A stretch of 64,000 nucleotides of DNA, taken from Salinigranum sp. (GTDB lineage Archaea > Halobacteriota > Halobacteria > Halobacteriales > Haloferacaceae). The notes under the pieces are model-generated. The model saw nothing but the letters and a program-made list of their open reading frames with translations, was not told the origin of the DNA and made no database searches. A program made the translations under genes and the position numbers. The stretch covers positions 8,814-72,813 of the forward strand of contig NZ_JBEPXO010000002.1 in assembly GCF_041641895.1 (NCBI RefSeq), in the 5' to 3' direction. This document shows, one piece after another, positions 18,428 through 28,727 of this stretch (positions are counted from its first letter, which is position 1; each line of letters begins with the position of its first letter).

Positions 18428-19252
18428 CTACTCGTCCCCGGCGGGGCCGCCACCCGCCGCGTGCGTGTAGACGAACTCGCGGAGGAGTTTCCCACCGAGT
18501 GCGGCTGCCTGGCCGTCGTCGCGGTCGTTCACCTCGACCACGTCGAAGCCGACACACGCGGGGGACACCGCCCGGACGACGTCGCGCAGCTGGGTAGACG
18601 AGAGGCCGAACGGCTCCATCGTCCCCGTTCCGGGAGCGACGCTCGGGTCCGCCCCGTCGATGTCGACGCTGAGGTACACCGATCCGGTGGCTTCGAACCC
18701 CGCGAGCCACTCGGTGACCGACTCGGGCGGGACGACGGTCACGTCCTCCTCCTCCGCTCGCTCCCACTCCTCGGGTGATCCCGTCCGCGCCCCGACGACG
18801 ACGGCCTCGTCGACGACGTCGAGGACGTGTCGGGTCACGCAGGCGTGGCTCCACTCGTTGCCGTCGTACTCGGGTCTGAGGTCGAGGTGCGCGTCGAGAC
18901 AGACGAACGTCTCCGGTTCCGTGGCCTCGACGCCCGCGTAGCTCACCGTGTGCTCGCCGCCGAGGAGGAGCGGGACCGCGCCGTCCCAGACGACGTCGCG
19001 GAGCGTCCCCGAGAGGAAGGAGAGATACTCCCGGGCGTCGTCCCACGCGCGGACATCGCCCTCGTCGGCGACGCCGAGTTCGGTGAACTGCTGTCCGGTG
19101 CGGTGGTCGTAGTCGTCGTACGTCTCGGCGTACTTCCGAATCTCGTCGGGCCCGAACCGCGTCCCCGGCTGGAACGTCGTCGAGACGTCGAGCGGTGCGC
19201 CCACGACGACGTAGTCGGCGGCGTCGCGCTCGGCCGTCGCCCCGGGGAACAT
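18428..19252 (-). CDS. speB: Agmatinase (ureohydrolase family)
   Basis: GGEHTV, DAHLD, SVDIDGADP...APGTG..EPFGL, DVVEV ureohydrolase motifs. Confidence 0.95.
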   Translation of the reverse strand: MFPGATAERDAADYVVVGAPLDVSTTFQPGTRFGPDEIRKYAETYDDYDHRTGQQFTELGVADEGDVRAWDDAREYLSFLSGTLRDVVWDGAVPLLLGGEHTVSYAGVEATEPETFVCLDAHLDLRPEYDGNEWSHACVTRHVLDVVDEAVVVGARTGSPEEWERAEEEDVTVVPPESVTEWLAGFEATGSVYLSVDIDGADPSVAPGTGTMEPFGLSSTQLRDVVRAVSPACVGFDVVEVNDRDDGQAAALGGKLLREFVYTHAAGGGPAGDE

Positions 19253-19264
19253 GTGGTTCGACCG

Positions 19265-19645
19265 CTAGGACCGGACGATCTTACGCTGTCCCTCGTACTC
19301 GAGGAACTCGATCTCGTCGTCGGAACTCGCACTGATACCGTCGGGGATGCGCATCGTGAACGTCTCGTAGGAGTCGAGGTCCATCACCTGCATCTCGCCG
19401 CCCGAGGCGGAGAGGACCTGCCCGCCCTTGCGTTCGATGATGGGCACCCAGACTTTCGCGTCGACGGGCTGGGAGAGCGAGCGCTTCTTGTTGTCGAAGA
19501 CGCCCTTCCCCTCGATGCGTGCCTTGGCGCTTCCGTGCTTGCCCGGCTTGGCGGTCGAGTACGCGTTGATCTTGCAGGGCGAGTCCTCCATCATGACGTA
19601 GCTGCCCTCTTGGAGTTCCCTGACCTGCTTCTGCTCTTTCGCCAT
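19265..19645 (-). CDS. eif5a: Translation factor aIF-5A
   Basis: [17 protein letters not shown] with the (deoxy)hypusine Lys; start MAKEQKQ at 19645. Confidence 0.98.
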   Translation of the reverse strand: MAKEQKQVRELQEGSYVMMEDSPCKINAYSTAKPGKHGSAKARIEGKGVFDNKKRSLSQPVDAKVWVPIIERKGGQVLSASGGEMQVMDLDSYETFTMRIPDGISASSDDEIEFLEYEGQRKIVRS

Positions 19646-19669
19646 AGATGTGCGTTCTTTCGAGGGCAG

Positions 19670-19675
19670 TATAAA
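19670..19675 (-). promoter_or_regulatory. TATA box of aIF-5A gene
   Basis: TTTATA on the minus strand 25 nt before the ATG. Confidence 0.65.
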
Positions 19676-20114
19676 CCGTTTGGAACGTCGGTGCGAGCGA
19701 ACGACTCGGACGCACCCCCGGTAAGCGGACGTTAACCACTTCGTTCGGTCCTTCGCACTGGCCGCAGTCGCGACGTCGCCCTCGAACTGCGCTCTTCGCC
19801 GTCGTCGTGGGTCCGTCCTCTTCGAGCAGGCCGTGGCGGACGACGCCGACCCGGTGGCTCGCCTCACTGCCGTACGCCGCCTCTCCCGGTACCTAAGCGG
19901 TACATAACTATGTCCGGGCGAGTCGTCGTCCCTGATGCGCATGCGTGTCCCGCGCCGACGCGTCGGTGCCGTATGGCATTCCCTTTCCGTACCCCCGCAC
20001 CGCGCTGTCGGCGGTGCTCCCGGGCACGGTGCGCTCGTGCCTCTGCCTGTCTGTCATGGGACTGATGGATGCACACCGCGCGACGCTCCGTCGTTCACCC
20101 CGTTTCCCCCTCTC

Positions 20115-21185
20115 TCACCGCACGGTCTCGAGAACCCGGCCGACCCTGCGTAACCCCTCTTCCAGCTCCTCGGTCGGCAGACCGAACCCGATGCGGAAGT
20201 AGCCGGGGTAGCCGAACGCGTTCCCCGGTGCTAGGACGACCGACTCCTGCTCGACGACGGCGCGGCAGAACGCCTCGCCGTCGCGGAACCCCTCGGGGAC
20301 GGTGACGAAGCCGTTCACGCCGACGGGGTCGTGCCACGACAGTCCGTGGTCGGCCACCCAGTCGGCGACGCGGTCGTGGTGGTCGCGGACGAGTTCCCGG
20401 TTCTCCCGTAGAATCGTCCGCTCGCGCCGGCCGAGCGCCTGTCGGGCGACGTGCTGGCCGAAGAGCGACGGCGAGATGGTCGTGTAGTCCTTCCACCGCC
20501 AGGCGCGCTCCACGACCTCTCTGTCGCCGACGAGCCAGCCGAACCGCGCCCCTGCGAGCCCGTACGCCTTCGTGAGCGACGTCGTCGACAGGCCGTGCGG
20601 CCCCATCGACGAGACCGGTGGGAGAGGCTCGTCGGCCAGTTGCCGGTACACCTCGTCACAGAGCAGGTAGGCGTCCGCCTCCTCGGCGACGTCGTACAGC
20701 GCCGCGACGGTCTCCTCTGCGTGGTACCGCCCGGTCGGATTGTTCGGGTTGTTGAGCACGAGGAGTCGGGTGTTCGGCTGGACGGCGTCGGCGACGGCGT
20801 CGACGTCGAGCGTCCACCGCGGCGGCGTCAGGTCGACGGTAGTGACCGACCCGAGCGTCCGCGGCAGTTCGTGGAGCGACTGGTACGTCGGTGTGACACA
20901 GACCGCGTGGTCGTCGGCGCCCATGAGCGAGACGAACGTGAGGAAGTTCGCCTCCTGTGCGCCGCAGGTACAGAGCACCTCGTCGGCCGTGCGGTCGTAC
21001 CGCCCGGCGATGTTCGCCCGGAGGTCGGGGTCGCCGTTCGTCGGGATGACGTAGCCGAGTTCGCCGGGGTCGGTGTCGAAGCGGTCGGCGGACAGCGACC
21101 GGATGCCCGACTCCGCGAGCATGATGTCGGCGTCGTGTTCGACCTCGGCGAACCAGCGTTCGAGCGCGAACGGGGCGATGTCCAT
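20115..21185 (-). CDS. PLP-dependent aminotransferase, class I/II
   Basis: LNNPNNPTG, LCDEVY, SLTKAYGLAGARFGW (PLP Lys); start MDIAPFALERW at 21185. Confidence 0.92.
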   Translation of the reverse strand: MDIAPFALERWFAEVEHDADIMLAESGIRSLSADRFDTDPGELGYVIPTNGDPDLRANIAGRYDRTADEVLCTCGAQEANFLTFVSLMGADDHAVCVTPTYQSLHELPRTLGSVTTVDLTPPRWTLDVDAVADAVQPNTRLLVLNNPNNPTGRYHAEETVAALYDVAEEADAYLLCDEVYRQLADEPLPPVSSMGPHGLSTTSLTKAYGLAGARFGWLVGDREVVERAWRWKDYTTISPSLFGQHVARQALGRRERTILRENRELVRDHHDRVADWVADHGLSWHDPVGVNGFVTVPEGFRDGEAFCRAVVEQESVVLAPGNAFGYPGYFRIGFGLPTEELEEGLRRVGRVLETVR

Positions 21186-21468
21186 GCACGCGAGTCGACC
21201 GGCGGGCGCAAAACTGTTGGTTCCGTCTCCGTCGGTGGACGGCCGTCTCACCGCGACTCGGCGTCGGCTGGGAACGGCGACTCGTCAGGGGCACCCGTCA
21301 CGAGCAGGACGAGCGACGACGTCGGCTACGCGCCCGATTCGACCCGCTCTTCTTGTACGAAGCCGCGGCCACACCTCATGTGCACTGAGAACAGCCACGG
21401 GACGTCCCGCGAGTGTGCGGTGCCGCGTCCCGTGTCGCGGCCCCGAGGCACTGCCTGTCCGCCCCTTC

Positions 21469-21876
21469 TCACGCCCAGTCCTCGGGCATCCACGCCGCGC
21501 GCCCGTGACTGACCCTGACGAGGCTCCCGACAGCGCCGGTGAGGACGTTCGGGAGCGTCACGAGGAGCAGCACCGCCGTCGTCACGTCGCCGGGGGTTCG
21601 TGCGTACGGGAAGACGAACTCGAGCGGGAACGGCAGTCCGCTACTCCGCGTGAGCGTCACGAGCACAGCGACGGGAATCAGGACGATGCCCCACGCGAGC
21701 GCGGTCAGGAGGCCGTGCCACGCGCCGTCGGTGACCTCCTCGCTGGCGACGTAGCCGGCGATGGCGCTCCCGACGAGACCACCGATGAGCGACAGTCGGC
21801 CGGAGATCAGCCAGATAATCGCCTCCATGGTGAACGCGACGAGGAGGCCGGCGAGGACTGCGTGCCAGCGAGCCAT
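21469..21876 (-). CDS. DUF5518-like small membrane protein
   Basis: Four hydrophobic segments with G-rich IGGLVGSAIAGY...GAWHGL. Confidence 0.7.
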   Translation of the reverse strand: MARWHAVLAGLLVAFTMEAIIWLISGRLSLIGGLVGSAIAGYVASEEVTDGAWHGLLTALAWGIVLIPVAVLVTLTRSSGLPFPLEFVFPYARTPGDVTTAVLLLVTLPNVLTGAVGSLVRVSHGRAAWMPEDWA

Positions 21877-21951
21877 TAGCTCACGTACGCACCCGCGAGT
21901 ACATAATACTCTCTCCCCGAGCTATCGAAACTGATACCCTCAGACGGCCGG

Positions 21952-22359
21952 TCAGCCGAGCGTCCGCTGGGTCGGCTCTCCCCGTTCGTGGGCGAGGAGC
22001 GCGCGCTTGGCCGCGACACCTCCGTGTGCGGAGAATCCCCCGAGCGACGACGCGCCGACCACTCGGTGACAGGGGACGACGACGGGGAGCGGGTTTCGCC
22101 CACAGGCGCCGCCGACGGCGACGGCGCTGGTGTCGAGCGTCGTCGCGAGGTCGCCGTACGTCCGCGTCTCCCCGTACGGAATCGCCGCCATCGCTCGCAT
22201 CACCGCTCCCGTGAAGTCGTCGGGGTACGCGACGGAGAACGGGAACTCGCGCCTGTCACCGCGTTCGTACGCCGCGACGGCGTCCCGAAGCGCCTCGGGT
22301 GTCCCGTCGACGAGCGTCTCGTCGAGGTCGAACGCGTAGCCGAAGACCGAGAGTCTCAT
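21952..22359 (-). CDS. ogt: Methylated-DNA--protein-cysteine methyltransferase
   Basis: IPYGETRTYG, AVGGACGRNPLPVVVPCHRVV active site, LLAHE. Confidence 0.95.
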   Translation of the reverse strand: MRLSVFGYAFDLDETLVDGTPEALRDAVAAYERGDRREFPFSVAYPDDFTGAVMRAMAAIPYGETRTYGDLATTLDTSAVAVGGACGRNPLPVVVPCHRVVGASSLGGFSAHGGVAAKRALLAHERGEPTQRTLG

Positions 22360-22420
22360 CCCCGACCGATGGACGGCGACGGACAAAAGCAACCCGGCCC
22401 CGATTCCCCGGTTCCCCGGT

Positions 22421-24091
22421 TCAGTCGCCCCGTCGCTGCCTGAGGTTCTGCCGGGTGAACTGTGGGCGCGCCTTCAGTCCCTTCTTCTGCTTGAACGACC
22501 GGTAGAGCAAGAAGACGACGGGGAGCGTGACGACGGCGGCGACGGCTGCGGGTTCGACCCCGTCGAACGCGTAGAGGATGGCCGTCGACAGCACCCCCAC
22601 CGCGAGGAGGACGCCGTAGACGATGCGACGGGCGAGTTTCGAGAGTACGTCGTTCTTGTCCTCGATTCGGACGTTGACGGTCAGGTCGTCGCGTTCGACC
22701 TGGTCGAGGACGCGTTCGAGCTTCGGCGGCACCCGGAAGAGCGAGCGAGTCGTCTCCTGGAGCTGTTCCCCGGTCTCCGTAGCGATGCGTTTGATGGTCT
22801 GCTCGCGGTACCCCTGCTCGGTGAGGTAGTCGGTCGCGACGGCGATGAAGTCGAAGTCGGGGTCGAGGGTGACGCACACCCCCTCGACGACCGTCGCCAC
22901 CCGGAGCACCAGAGCGAGGTTGCGCGGGAGGCGGAGCGGGAACTCGTAGATGGTCGACTCGACCTGCTCGATGATCTGCTGGACGCGGTACTGCTCGATG
23001 TCCTCGCCGCGGGCGTCAGCGATGGCCAGTTCCATCACGTCGCCCATCACCTGCCGGTCGGCCTCGGGCGAGAGCGTCCCCATCTCGATGAGCGTGTCGA
23101 GGATGCCGTCGATGTCCTGGTTCGCTACGGCGATGTAGAAGTCGACGATCTTCTCCTGGATGAACGGGTCGACCTGCCCGCTCATCCCGAAGTCGTAGAA
23201 GATGATGGCGCCGTCGTCGTCGACGGCGAGGTTCCCCGGATGGGGGTCGGCGTGGAAGTCGCCGTCGCCGATGATCATCTGGAGGTAGATACGCTGGAGA
23301 CGTTCGGCGAGTTCCGTCCGGTCGATGCCGCGTTCGTCGAGCGTGCTCAGGTCGTTTATCTTCACGCCCGGCAGATACTCCATCGTGAGGACGCGCGGCC
23401 CGGAGACGTCGTCGACGAGTTCGGGAATCCTGATGGCGTCGTCGTCGATGAAGTTCTCGCGGATGGTGGTCAGAACCCGCCCCTCGCGGGTGTAGTCCAT
23501 CTCCTGGCGGATGGTCTTGGCGAACTCGTCGGCGAGGTTCTCCAGGGAGAACGCGCGTCCCTCGCCGATGAACCGCTGGACGAGCGGGAGCGACCAGCGG
23601 ACCACTCGCAGGTCGGCCTCGACGAGTTCCTCGATGCCGGGACGACGGACTTTGACCGCGACGTCCTCACCCTCGTAGGTGGCGGTGTACACCTGACCGA
23701 GGGAGGCGCCGCTGATGGGGTCGCGGTCGAAGTCGTCGTACACCTCGTCGACTGGACCGAGTTCCGCCTCCAACACCGCCTCCGCGTCTGCCCAGTCGGC
23801 GGGCGGAACGTCGTCCTGCAGGCGCGAGAGGACGTCGACGTACGCCGGGGGGAGGACGTCCGGCCGGGTCGACAGCAGTTGGCCGAGTTTGATGAACGTC
23901 GGCCCGAGTTTCAACAGTGAGTCGAGGAGAATGTTCGCCCGGCGTTTCTGCTCCTCGGTGGCGACCTGTCGCGACCCGCCGAACAGGAGGAACCGCCGTT
24001 TGTCACGCGCGTACGCGACGATGAGCGGGAAGAACTGGTAGAGGACGACGAAGAAGCGCCAGTAGGCGCGGAGATTGACCAGCGTGACCAC
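22421..24091 (-). CDS. ABC1/AarF/UbiB-family atypical kinase
   Basis: LGPTFIKLGQ, ASLGQVY, VAVKVRRP, FHADPHPGNL, YDFGM; C-terminal TM pair. Confidence 0.93.
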   Translation of the reverse strand: MVTLVNLRAYWRFFVVLYQFFPLIVAYARDKRRFLLFGGSRQVATEEQKRRANILLDSLLKLGPTFIKLGQLLSTRPDVLPPAYVDVLSRLQDDVPPADWADAEAVLEAELGPVDEVYDDFDRDPISGASLGQVYTATYEGEDVAVKVRRPGIEELVEADLRVVRWSLPLVQRFIGEGRAFSLENLADEFAKTIRQEMDYTREGRVLTTIRENFIDDDAIRIPELVDDVSGPRVLTMEYLPGVKINDLSTLDERGIDRTELAERLQRIYLQMIIGDGDFHADPHPGNLAVDDDGAIIFYDFGMSGQVDPFIQEKIVDFYIAVANQDIDGILDTLIEMGTLSPEADRQVMGDVMELAIADARGEDIEQYRVQQIIEQVESTIYEFPLRLPRNLALVLRVATVVEGVCVTLDPDFDFIAVATDYLTEQGYREQTIKRIATETGEQLQETTRSLFRVPPKLERVLDQVERDDLTVNVRIEDKNDVLSKLARRIVYGVLLAVGVLSTAILYAFDGVEPAAVAAVVTLPVVFLLYRSFKQKKGLKARPQFTRQNLRQRRGD

Positions 24092-24100
24092 CCCACCCGA

Positions 24101-24463
24101 TTACGTGTCCTTGTCCGAAATCGGGATGCTTCGTTGGGGGGCCGAATCGCGCTTCGGCAGGCGGAGTTCGAGGACGCCGCGGTCGACGGTCGCCTCGGCG
24201 CCCGCACCGGTCGCGTCCGGGGGCAGCGGGAGTTCGGCGTCGAGGAAGAGCGACCGGTTCTCGCGGACGTAGCGGAACTCCGGCGGGAGGCTCTTCTCGC
24301 GGCGCGCCTCGACGACGAGGCGTCCCTTCTCGACGGCGATGTCCACCGTGTCGGCGGTCACACCCGGGAGGTCGAGGACGAGGAGATACTGGTCCTCCGA
24401 TTCGAGGAGGTCCGCGAACACTGCTTCAGGGAGTTCACGCAGCGCGTCGCGCAGTGCTGACAT
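24101..24463 (-). CDS. Small heat-shock protein (Hsp20)
   Basis: LDLPGV...GVLELRLPK alpha-crystallin motifs; 9 nt upstream of the ABC1 kinase gene. Confidence 0.9.
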   Translation of the reverse strand: MSALRDALRELPEAVFADLLESEDQYLLVLDLPGVTADTVDIAVEKGRLVVEARREKSLPPEFRYVRENRSLFLDAELPLPPDATGAGAEATVDRGVLELRLPKRDSAPQRSIPISDKDT

Positions 24464-24584
24464 GGACGGGTCTAAGAAGTCGGGGTGTAAGAAGGCCGCG
24501 GTACCGGTCGCGTCCCTCGTCGAAGCGTCCGTCGTCGCCGACCCGCGGCGACGGTTTTTACCGCGTCGTCCCCCTGTTACGGGT

Positions 24585-25814
24585 ATGCACGACCGGAAAC
24601 GCTCGGGGTTCAAGACCCGAACCCGAGTCGACGACGCCCGGGAGCGCCTGCTCGAGGCGGTCGCTCCCCACGAGCGGACCGTCCGCGTCGACCTCGCACA
24701 GGCCGACGCGAGAACCCTCGCCGAGCGCGTCACGGCACCGAACCCCGTGCCGGGGTACGACCGTGCCGCGATGGACGGGTGGGCGGTCCGTGCGGAGGAC
24801 ACCTTCGGCGCCTCCGGCCGCTCGCCCGCCGTCCTCCGCGTCGCCGGTGACGCCGAAGACGACGACACCGTGGGCCCGTCCGACGCCGTCCGGGTCCACA
24901 CGGGGAGCGCCCTCCCCGACGGCGCTGACGCCGTCGTCATGATCGAGGAGACCGAAGAGGTCGGCGACGAACTCGAGGTGTTCGACGCCGTCACCGAGGG
25001 GGAGAACGTCGGCGACGCCGACGAGGACGTCGCGGCCGGACAGACGCTGTTCGAGGCCGGCCACCGCCTGCGGCCGTCGGACCTCGGCCTCCTCAAGTCG
25101 GTGGGACTCGCTCGCGTCCCGGTGTTCGAACAGCCGACCGTCGGGGTCGTTCCGACCGGCGAGGAACTCGTCCAGTTCGACCCACAGCCCGGAGAGGTCA
25201 TCGAGACGAACGGGCTCACCGTCTCGTCGCTCGTGACCCGGTGGGGCGGTGTGGCGACGTACCGCGACGTCGTCACCGACGACTTCGACGCGCTCCGGGC
25301 GGCCATCCAGCGCGACCTCACGAAGGACGTCGTCGTCACGACCGGTGGGTCGTCGGTCGGCGAGCGTGACCTGCTCCCGGAGGTCATCGACGAACTCGGC
25401 GAGGTGCTCGTCCACGGCGTCGCGCTCAAGCCGGGCCACCCCGTCGCGCTCGGCGTCGTCGAGGAGACGCCCGTCGTCTCGCTCCCGGGGTACCCCGTCG
25501 CCTGTATCGTCAACGCCGTCCAGTTCCTCCGCCCGGTGCTCAAGCACGTCGGCGGGATGCCGTGCCCCCCACTCCCGACCACCGATGCCCGACTCGAGCG
25601 CAAGATATCGAGCGACCCCGGCACCCGGACGTTCGCCCGGGTCGAACTCCGCGAACGGGACGGCGAGCAGGTCGCCGTCCCCACGCGCACCTCGGGGTCG
25701 GGCATCCTCTCCTCGGTCGCACTCGCCGACGGCTGGGTCGTCGTCCCCGAGTCCCGTGAGGGCATCCCGGAGGGCGAACACGTCGCGGTCGAATCGTGGG
25801 AGTGGTCGGCGTGA
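24585..25814 (+). CDS. moeA: Molybdopterin molybdenumtransferase
   Basis: YDRAAMDGWAV, HTGSALPDGADAVVMIE, TTGGSS, KPGHP, LPGYPV; start MHDRKRSGFK at 24585. Confidence 0.93.
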   Translation: MHDRKRSGFKTRTRVDDARERLLEAVAPHERTVRVDLAQADARTLAERVTAPNPVPGYDRAAMDGWAVRAEDTFGASGRSPAVLRVAGDAEDDDTVGPSDAVRVHTGSALPDGADAVVMIEETEEVGDELEVFDAVTEGENVGDADEDVAAGQTLFEAGHRLRPSDLGLLKSVGLARVPVFEQPTVGVVPTGEELVQFDPQPGEVIETNGLTVSSLVTRWGGVATYRDVVTDDFDALRAAIQRDLTKDVVVTTGGSSVGERDLLPEVIDELGEVLVHGVALKPGHPVALGVVEETPVVSLPGYPVACIVNAVQFLRPVLKHVGGMPCPPLPTTDARLERKISSDPGTRTFARVELRERDGEQVAVPTRTSGSGILSSVALADGWVVVPESREGIPEGEHVAVESWEWSA

Positions 25815-27721
25815 CCGAGCGCAAGGAGTTCCGTGACCTGGCCCCGCCCGAGGAGGCACACGAGGCCATCGCCGCTCTCTCGCTCGCTCCCCCACCCGAG
25901 TCGGTTCCGCTCGACGAGGCGAGAGGTCGAGTCCTCGCCGAGCGAGTCGACGCGACCATCGACGTCCCCGGATTCGACCGCGCGAGTATGGACGGGTACG
26001 CCGTCCGGGCGCGTGACACCTTCGGCGCCGACGAGTCCGACCCGGTCGTCCTCGACCTGGTCGGCGCAGTCCACGCCGGCGAGACCCCCGACGTCGAGGT
26101 CGAATCGGGGGCCTGCGCGGAGATTTCGACCGGAGCGGTGGTCCCCCCGGGTGCCGACGCGGTGGTCATGGTCGAACGGACCGACGACCTGGGCGGCGAG
26201 ATAGAGATACGGAAGGCCGTGGCACCGGGCGACAGCGTGATGTTCGCGGGCGCGGATATCGCCGCCGGGTCGCGCGCACTCGGCCCGGGGACGCGACTCA
26301 CGCCCCGCGAAATCGGCCTCCTCTCGGCGCTCGGCGTCGACGAGGTGCCCGTCCGGGGGAGCCCCACGGTAGGTATCGTCTCGACCGGCGACGAACTCGT
26401 CCGTCCCGGTGAGGAACTCGACCCCTCGCGTGGGGAGATATACGACGTGAACTCACAGACCATCGCCGCCGGAGTCGCCGAGGCTGGTGGCGACCCCGTC
26501 CTCTACCCGCACGCCGGCGACGACTACGAGGAGATGGAGCGCTTGCTCAAGAGAGCGGCCGACGAGTGCGATCTGGTCCTCTCGTCGGGGTCGACTTCCG
26601 CCTCGGCAGTGGACGTCATCTACCGCGTCATCGAGGAGCGCGGTGACCTGCTCCTCCACGGCGTCGCGGTGAAACCAGGGAAGCCGATGCTCGTCGGGCG
26701 ACTCGACTCCAGCGGTGCGGACGGCACACAGCAGTCGGCGTACGTCGGCCTCCCCGGCTACCCGGTGTCGGCGCTCACCATCTTCCGGACGTTCGTCGCG
26801 CCCGCCGTCCGCCGGGCCGCGGGCCTGCCCGAACCCCGGACGGCGACGATTACGGGCGAGTTCGCGGTCCGGGAGCGGTACAGTGAGGGTCGACTCCGAC
26901 TGATGCCGGTCGGCGTTCTCGAACGCGCGGACGCCGACCGACCCCTGGTGTACCCCGTCGACAAGGGGAGCGGCGCGACGACGAGTCTCGTCGAGGCGGA
27001 CGGCGTCGTCGAGGTTCACCCGGACACCGAGTATCTCGCTGCCGGTGAGGCCGTCGACGTCCGCCTGTTCTCGCCGGACGTCCGCGTCCCGCGCCTGCTC
27101 GGCGTCGGCGAGGACGACCCGCTGCTCTCGCGACTCCTCGACCGCGTCGACGCCCCGCGGTATCTCCCGGTCGGGAGCCGGGAGGGACTCCGCCGACTCC
27201 GCGACGGGGTCCCGGACGTCGCCGTGGCCTCGGGCCCCACCGACCGGGACGTCGACAGCGCGGAACTCGGCGCGTGGACCCGCGAGTGGGGACTCGTCGT
27301 CTCCGGCGAGGCCGACGACGTCGACGGTCTCGCCGACCTCGTCGACGGCGACTACCGGTTCGTGAACCGCGACCGGACGGCCGGACTGCGGGCGACGTTC
27401 GACGCGGCGCTCGAGGAACTCGCGGCCGAGGGAGAGCGTTCGCGGGCGGAACTCGCGGACCGCATCGACGGCTACGAACTGACCGTGAAGGCCCACGAGA
27501 GCCCCGCACGCGCGGTCCTCGCGGGCAAGGCCGACGCCGGCCTCGGCCTCCGCGCGACGGCGGAGTCGCTCGGACTGGACTTCGTCTCGCTCGGTTACGA
27601 ACGGGTCGTCCTCCACGCGGCGGCGGACCGCGTCGACAAACCCGCCGTCTCCGAACTGGCCGACGCCCTCGCCGACAGCACGCACGAGTGTGAGGCCCTC
27701 CCGGGGTACGACGTCGCCTGA
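25811..27721 (+). CDS. moeA: MoeA fused to a PBP (molybdate-binding-like) domain
   Basis: FDRASMDGYAV, KPGKP, LPGYPVSA, then the PBP domain (FVNRDRTAGLR, ADAGLG); GTGA overlap with the upstream moeA. Confidence 0.92.
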   Translation: MTERKEFRDLAPPEEAHEAIAALSLAPPPESVPLDEARGRVLAERVDATIDVPGFDRASMDGYAVRARDTFGADESDPVVLDLVGAVHAGETPDVEVESGACAEISTGAVVPPGADAVVMVERTDDLGGEIEIRKAVAPGDSVMFAGADIAAGSRALGPGTRLTPREIGLLSALGVDEVPVRGSPTVGIVSTGDELVRPGEELDPSRGEIYDVNSQTIAAGVAEAGGDPVLYPHAGDDYEEMERLLKRAADECDLVLSSGSTSASAVDVIYRVIEERGDLLLHGVAVKPGKPMLVGRLDSSGADGTQQSAYVGLPGYPVSALTIFRTFVAPAVRRAAGLPEPRTATITGEFAVRERYSEGRLRLMPVGVLERADADRPLVYPVDKGSGATTSLVEADGVVEVHPDTEYLAAGEAVDVRLFSPDVRVPRLLGVGEDDPLLSRLLDRVDAPRYLPVGSREGLRRLRDGVPDVAVASGPTDRDVDSAELGAWTREWGLVVSGEADDVDGLADLVDGDYRFVNRDRTAGLRATFDAALEELAAEGERSRAELADRIDGYELTVKAHESPARAVLAGKADAGLGLRATAESLGLDFVSLGYERVVLHAAADRVDKPAVSELADALADSTHECEALPGYDVA

Positions 27722-27878
27722 CCGGCCCGGCACGGTCCTGATACGGCACCCGGGGTCGGTCTCGACTCCGAGACTGTCGGCCGGTGGACGACGTCCCCAG
27801 GACGCTCGAACGTCTGACAGATTCAACTTTGATACTCTGACCCGCTCGTTTATGTAGACGGTCTGCCTCCCTCCGAAC

Positions 27879-28541
27879 ATGCCTGCAACCATCTCCATCC
27901 TGCACGTCGACGACGAACCCGATGTCCTGGACCTCTCGACGAACCTGTTCGAGCGGCGGGACTCGCGCGTCTCGGTCGTCACGGCCGGCAGCGGTGCCGA
28001 GGGGATGGACGCACTCGCGACCAACGACGTCGACTGCGTCGTCTCCGACTCCGTTCGGATGCCAGACGGGCAGTCGTTCGTCGAGGCCGCCAGCCACGTG
28101 ACCGACGCGCCCATCGTCCTCTTCACCGCCAAGGAGTGGCAGGACGTCGCGTCCGACGCCGTGGCGGCGGACGTCGCCGAGTACGTCCGCAAGGCCGACG
28201 TCTCCGACTACAAGACGGTGCTCAAGCACGTCCTCAGACTCACCGACGAAATCGAGACGCCGACGGCCTCGAACCGACGGCTCATCGGCCGTCACGACTT
28301 CTCCTCGCCCACCGAACTCGGTGTCTCCATCGTCCACGCCGTCGAGACGGCCGTCGACGAGGACCTCGAGACGTTCGAGCCCCTGTACGACGTCGTCGAC
28401 CCCGACGCGCTCGAGGCGGTCTTCGGTCCCGTCAGCGGCACTCCCGACGCGAGCCGACTCGAAGTCCGGTTCAGCTACCACGGGCTCGACCTGGCCGTCT
28501 CCGGCGACGGGAGCATCGCAGTCGTCTCGGACGCGAACTGA
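27879..28541 (+). CDS. Response regulator: receiver plus HalOD1 output domain
   Basis: ILHVDDEP, CVVSD, IVLFT, YVRK; C-terminal PLYDVVDPDALEAVF...VRFSYHGLDLAVSGDG. Confidence 0.88.
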   Translation: MPATISILHVDDEPDVLDLSTNLFERRDSRVSVVTAGSGAEGMDALATNDVDCVVSDSVRMPDGQSFVEAASHVTDAPIVLFTAKEWQDVASDAVAADVAEYVRKADVSDYKTVLKHVLRLTDEIETPTASNRRLIGRHDFSSPTELGVSIVHAVETAVDEDLETFEPLYDVVDPDALEAVFGPVSGTPDASRLEVRFSYHGLDLAVSGDGSIAVVSDAN

Positions 28542-28727
28542 CCACCCGACGGACGGACTGCAGGCACTCTCGGTTCCACCCTCTCCACACATGACGAGAC
28601 GCTGTCAGTATGGTTTTATATCACCCGGCGTCCTACTGCCGCCGGGCGCAGAGAGTCCAGGCGTTATGTATCAAGAGAAAGTAACGAAACTCGATAACTT
28701 GTCGTACGCGGTCCCGAGCACGACCTC

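Noticed and set aside
19700-20110. Gap between aIF-5A and the aminotransferase, with short Cys/Arg-rich ORFs
   Set aside because: No SD or TATA support, atypical codon usage and no recognisable homology.
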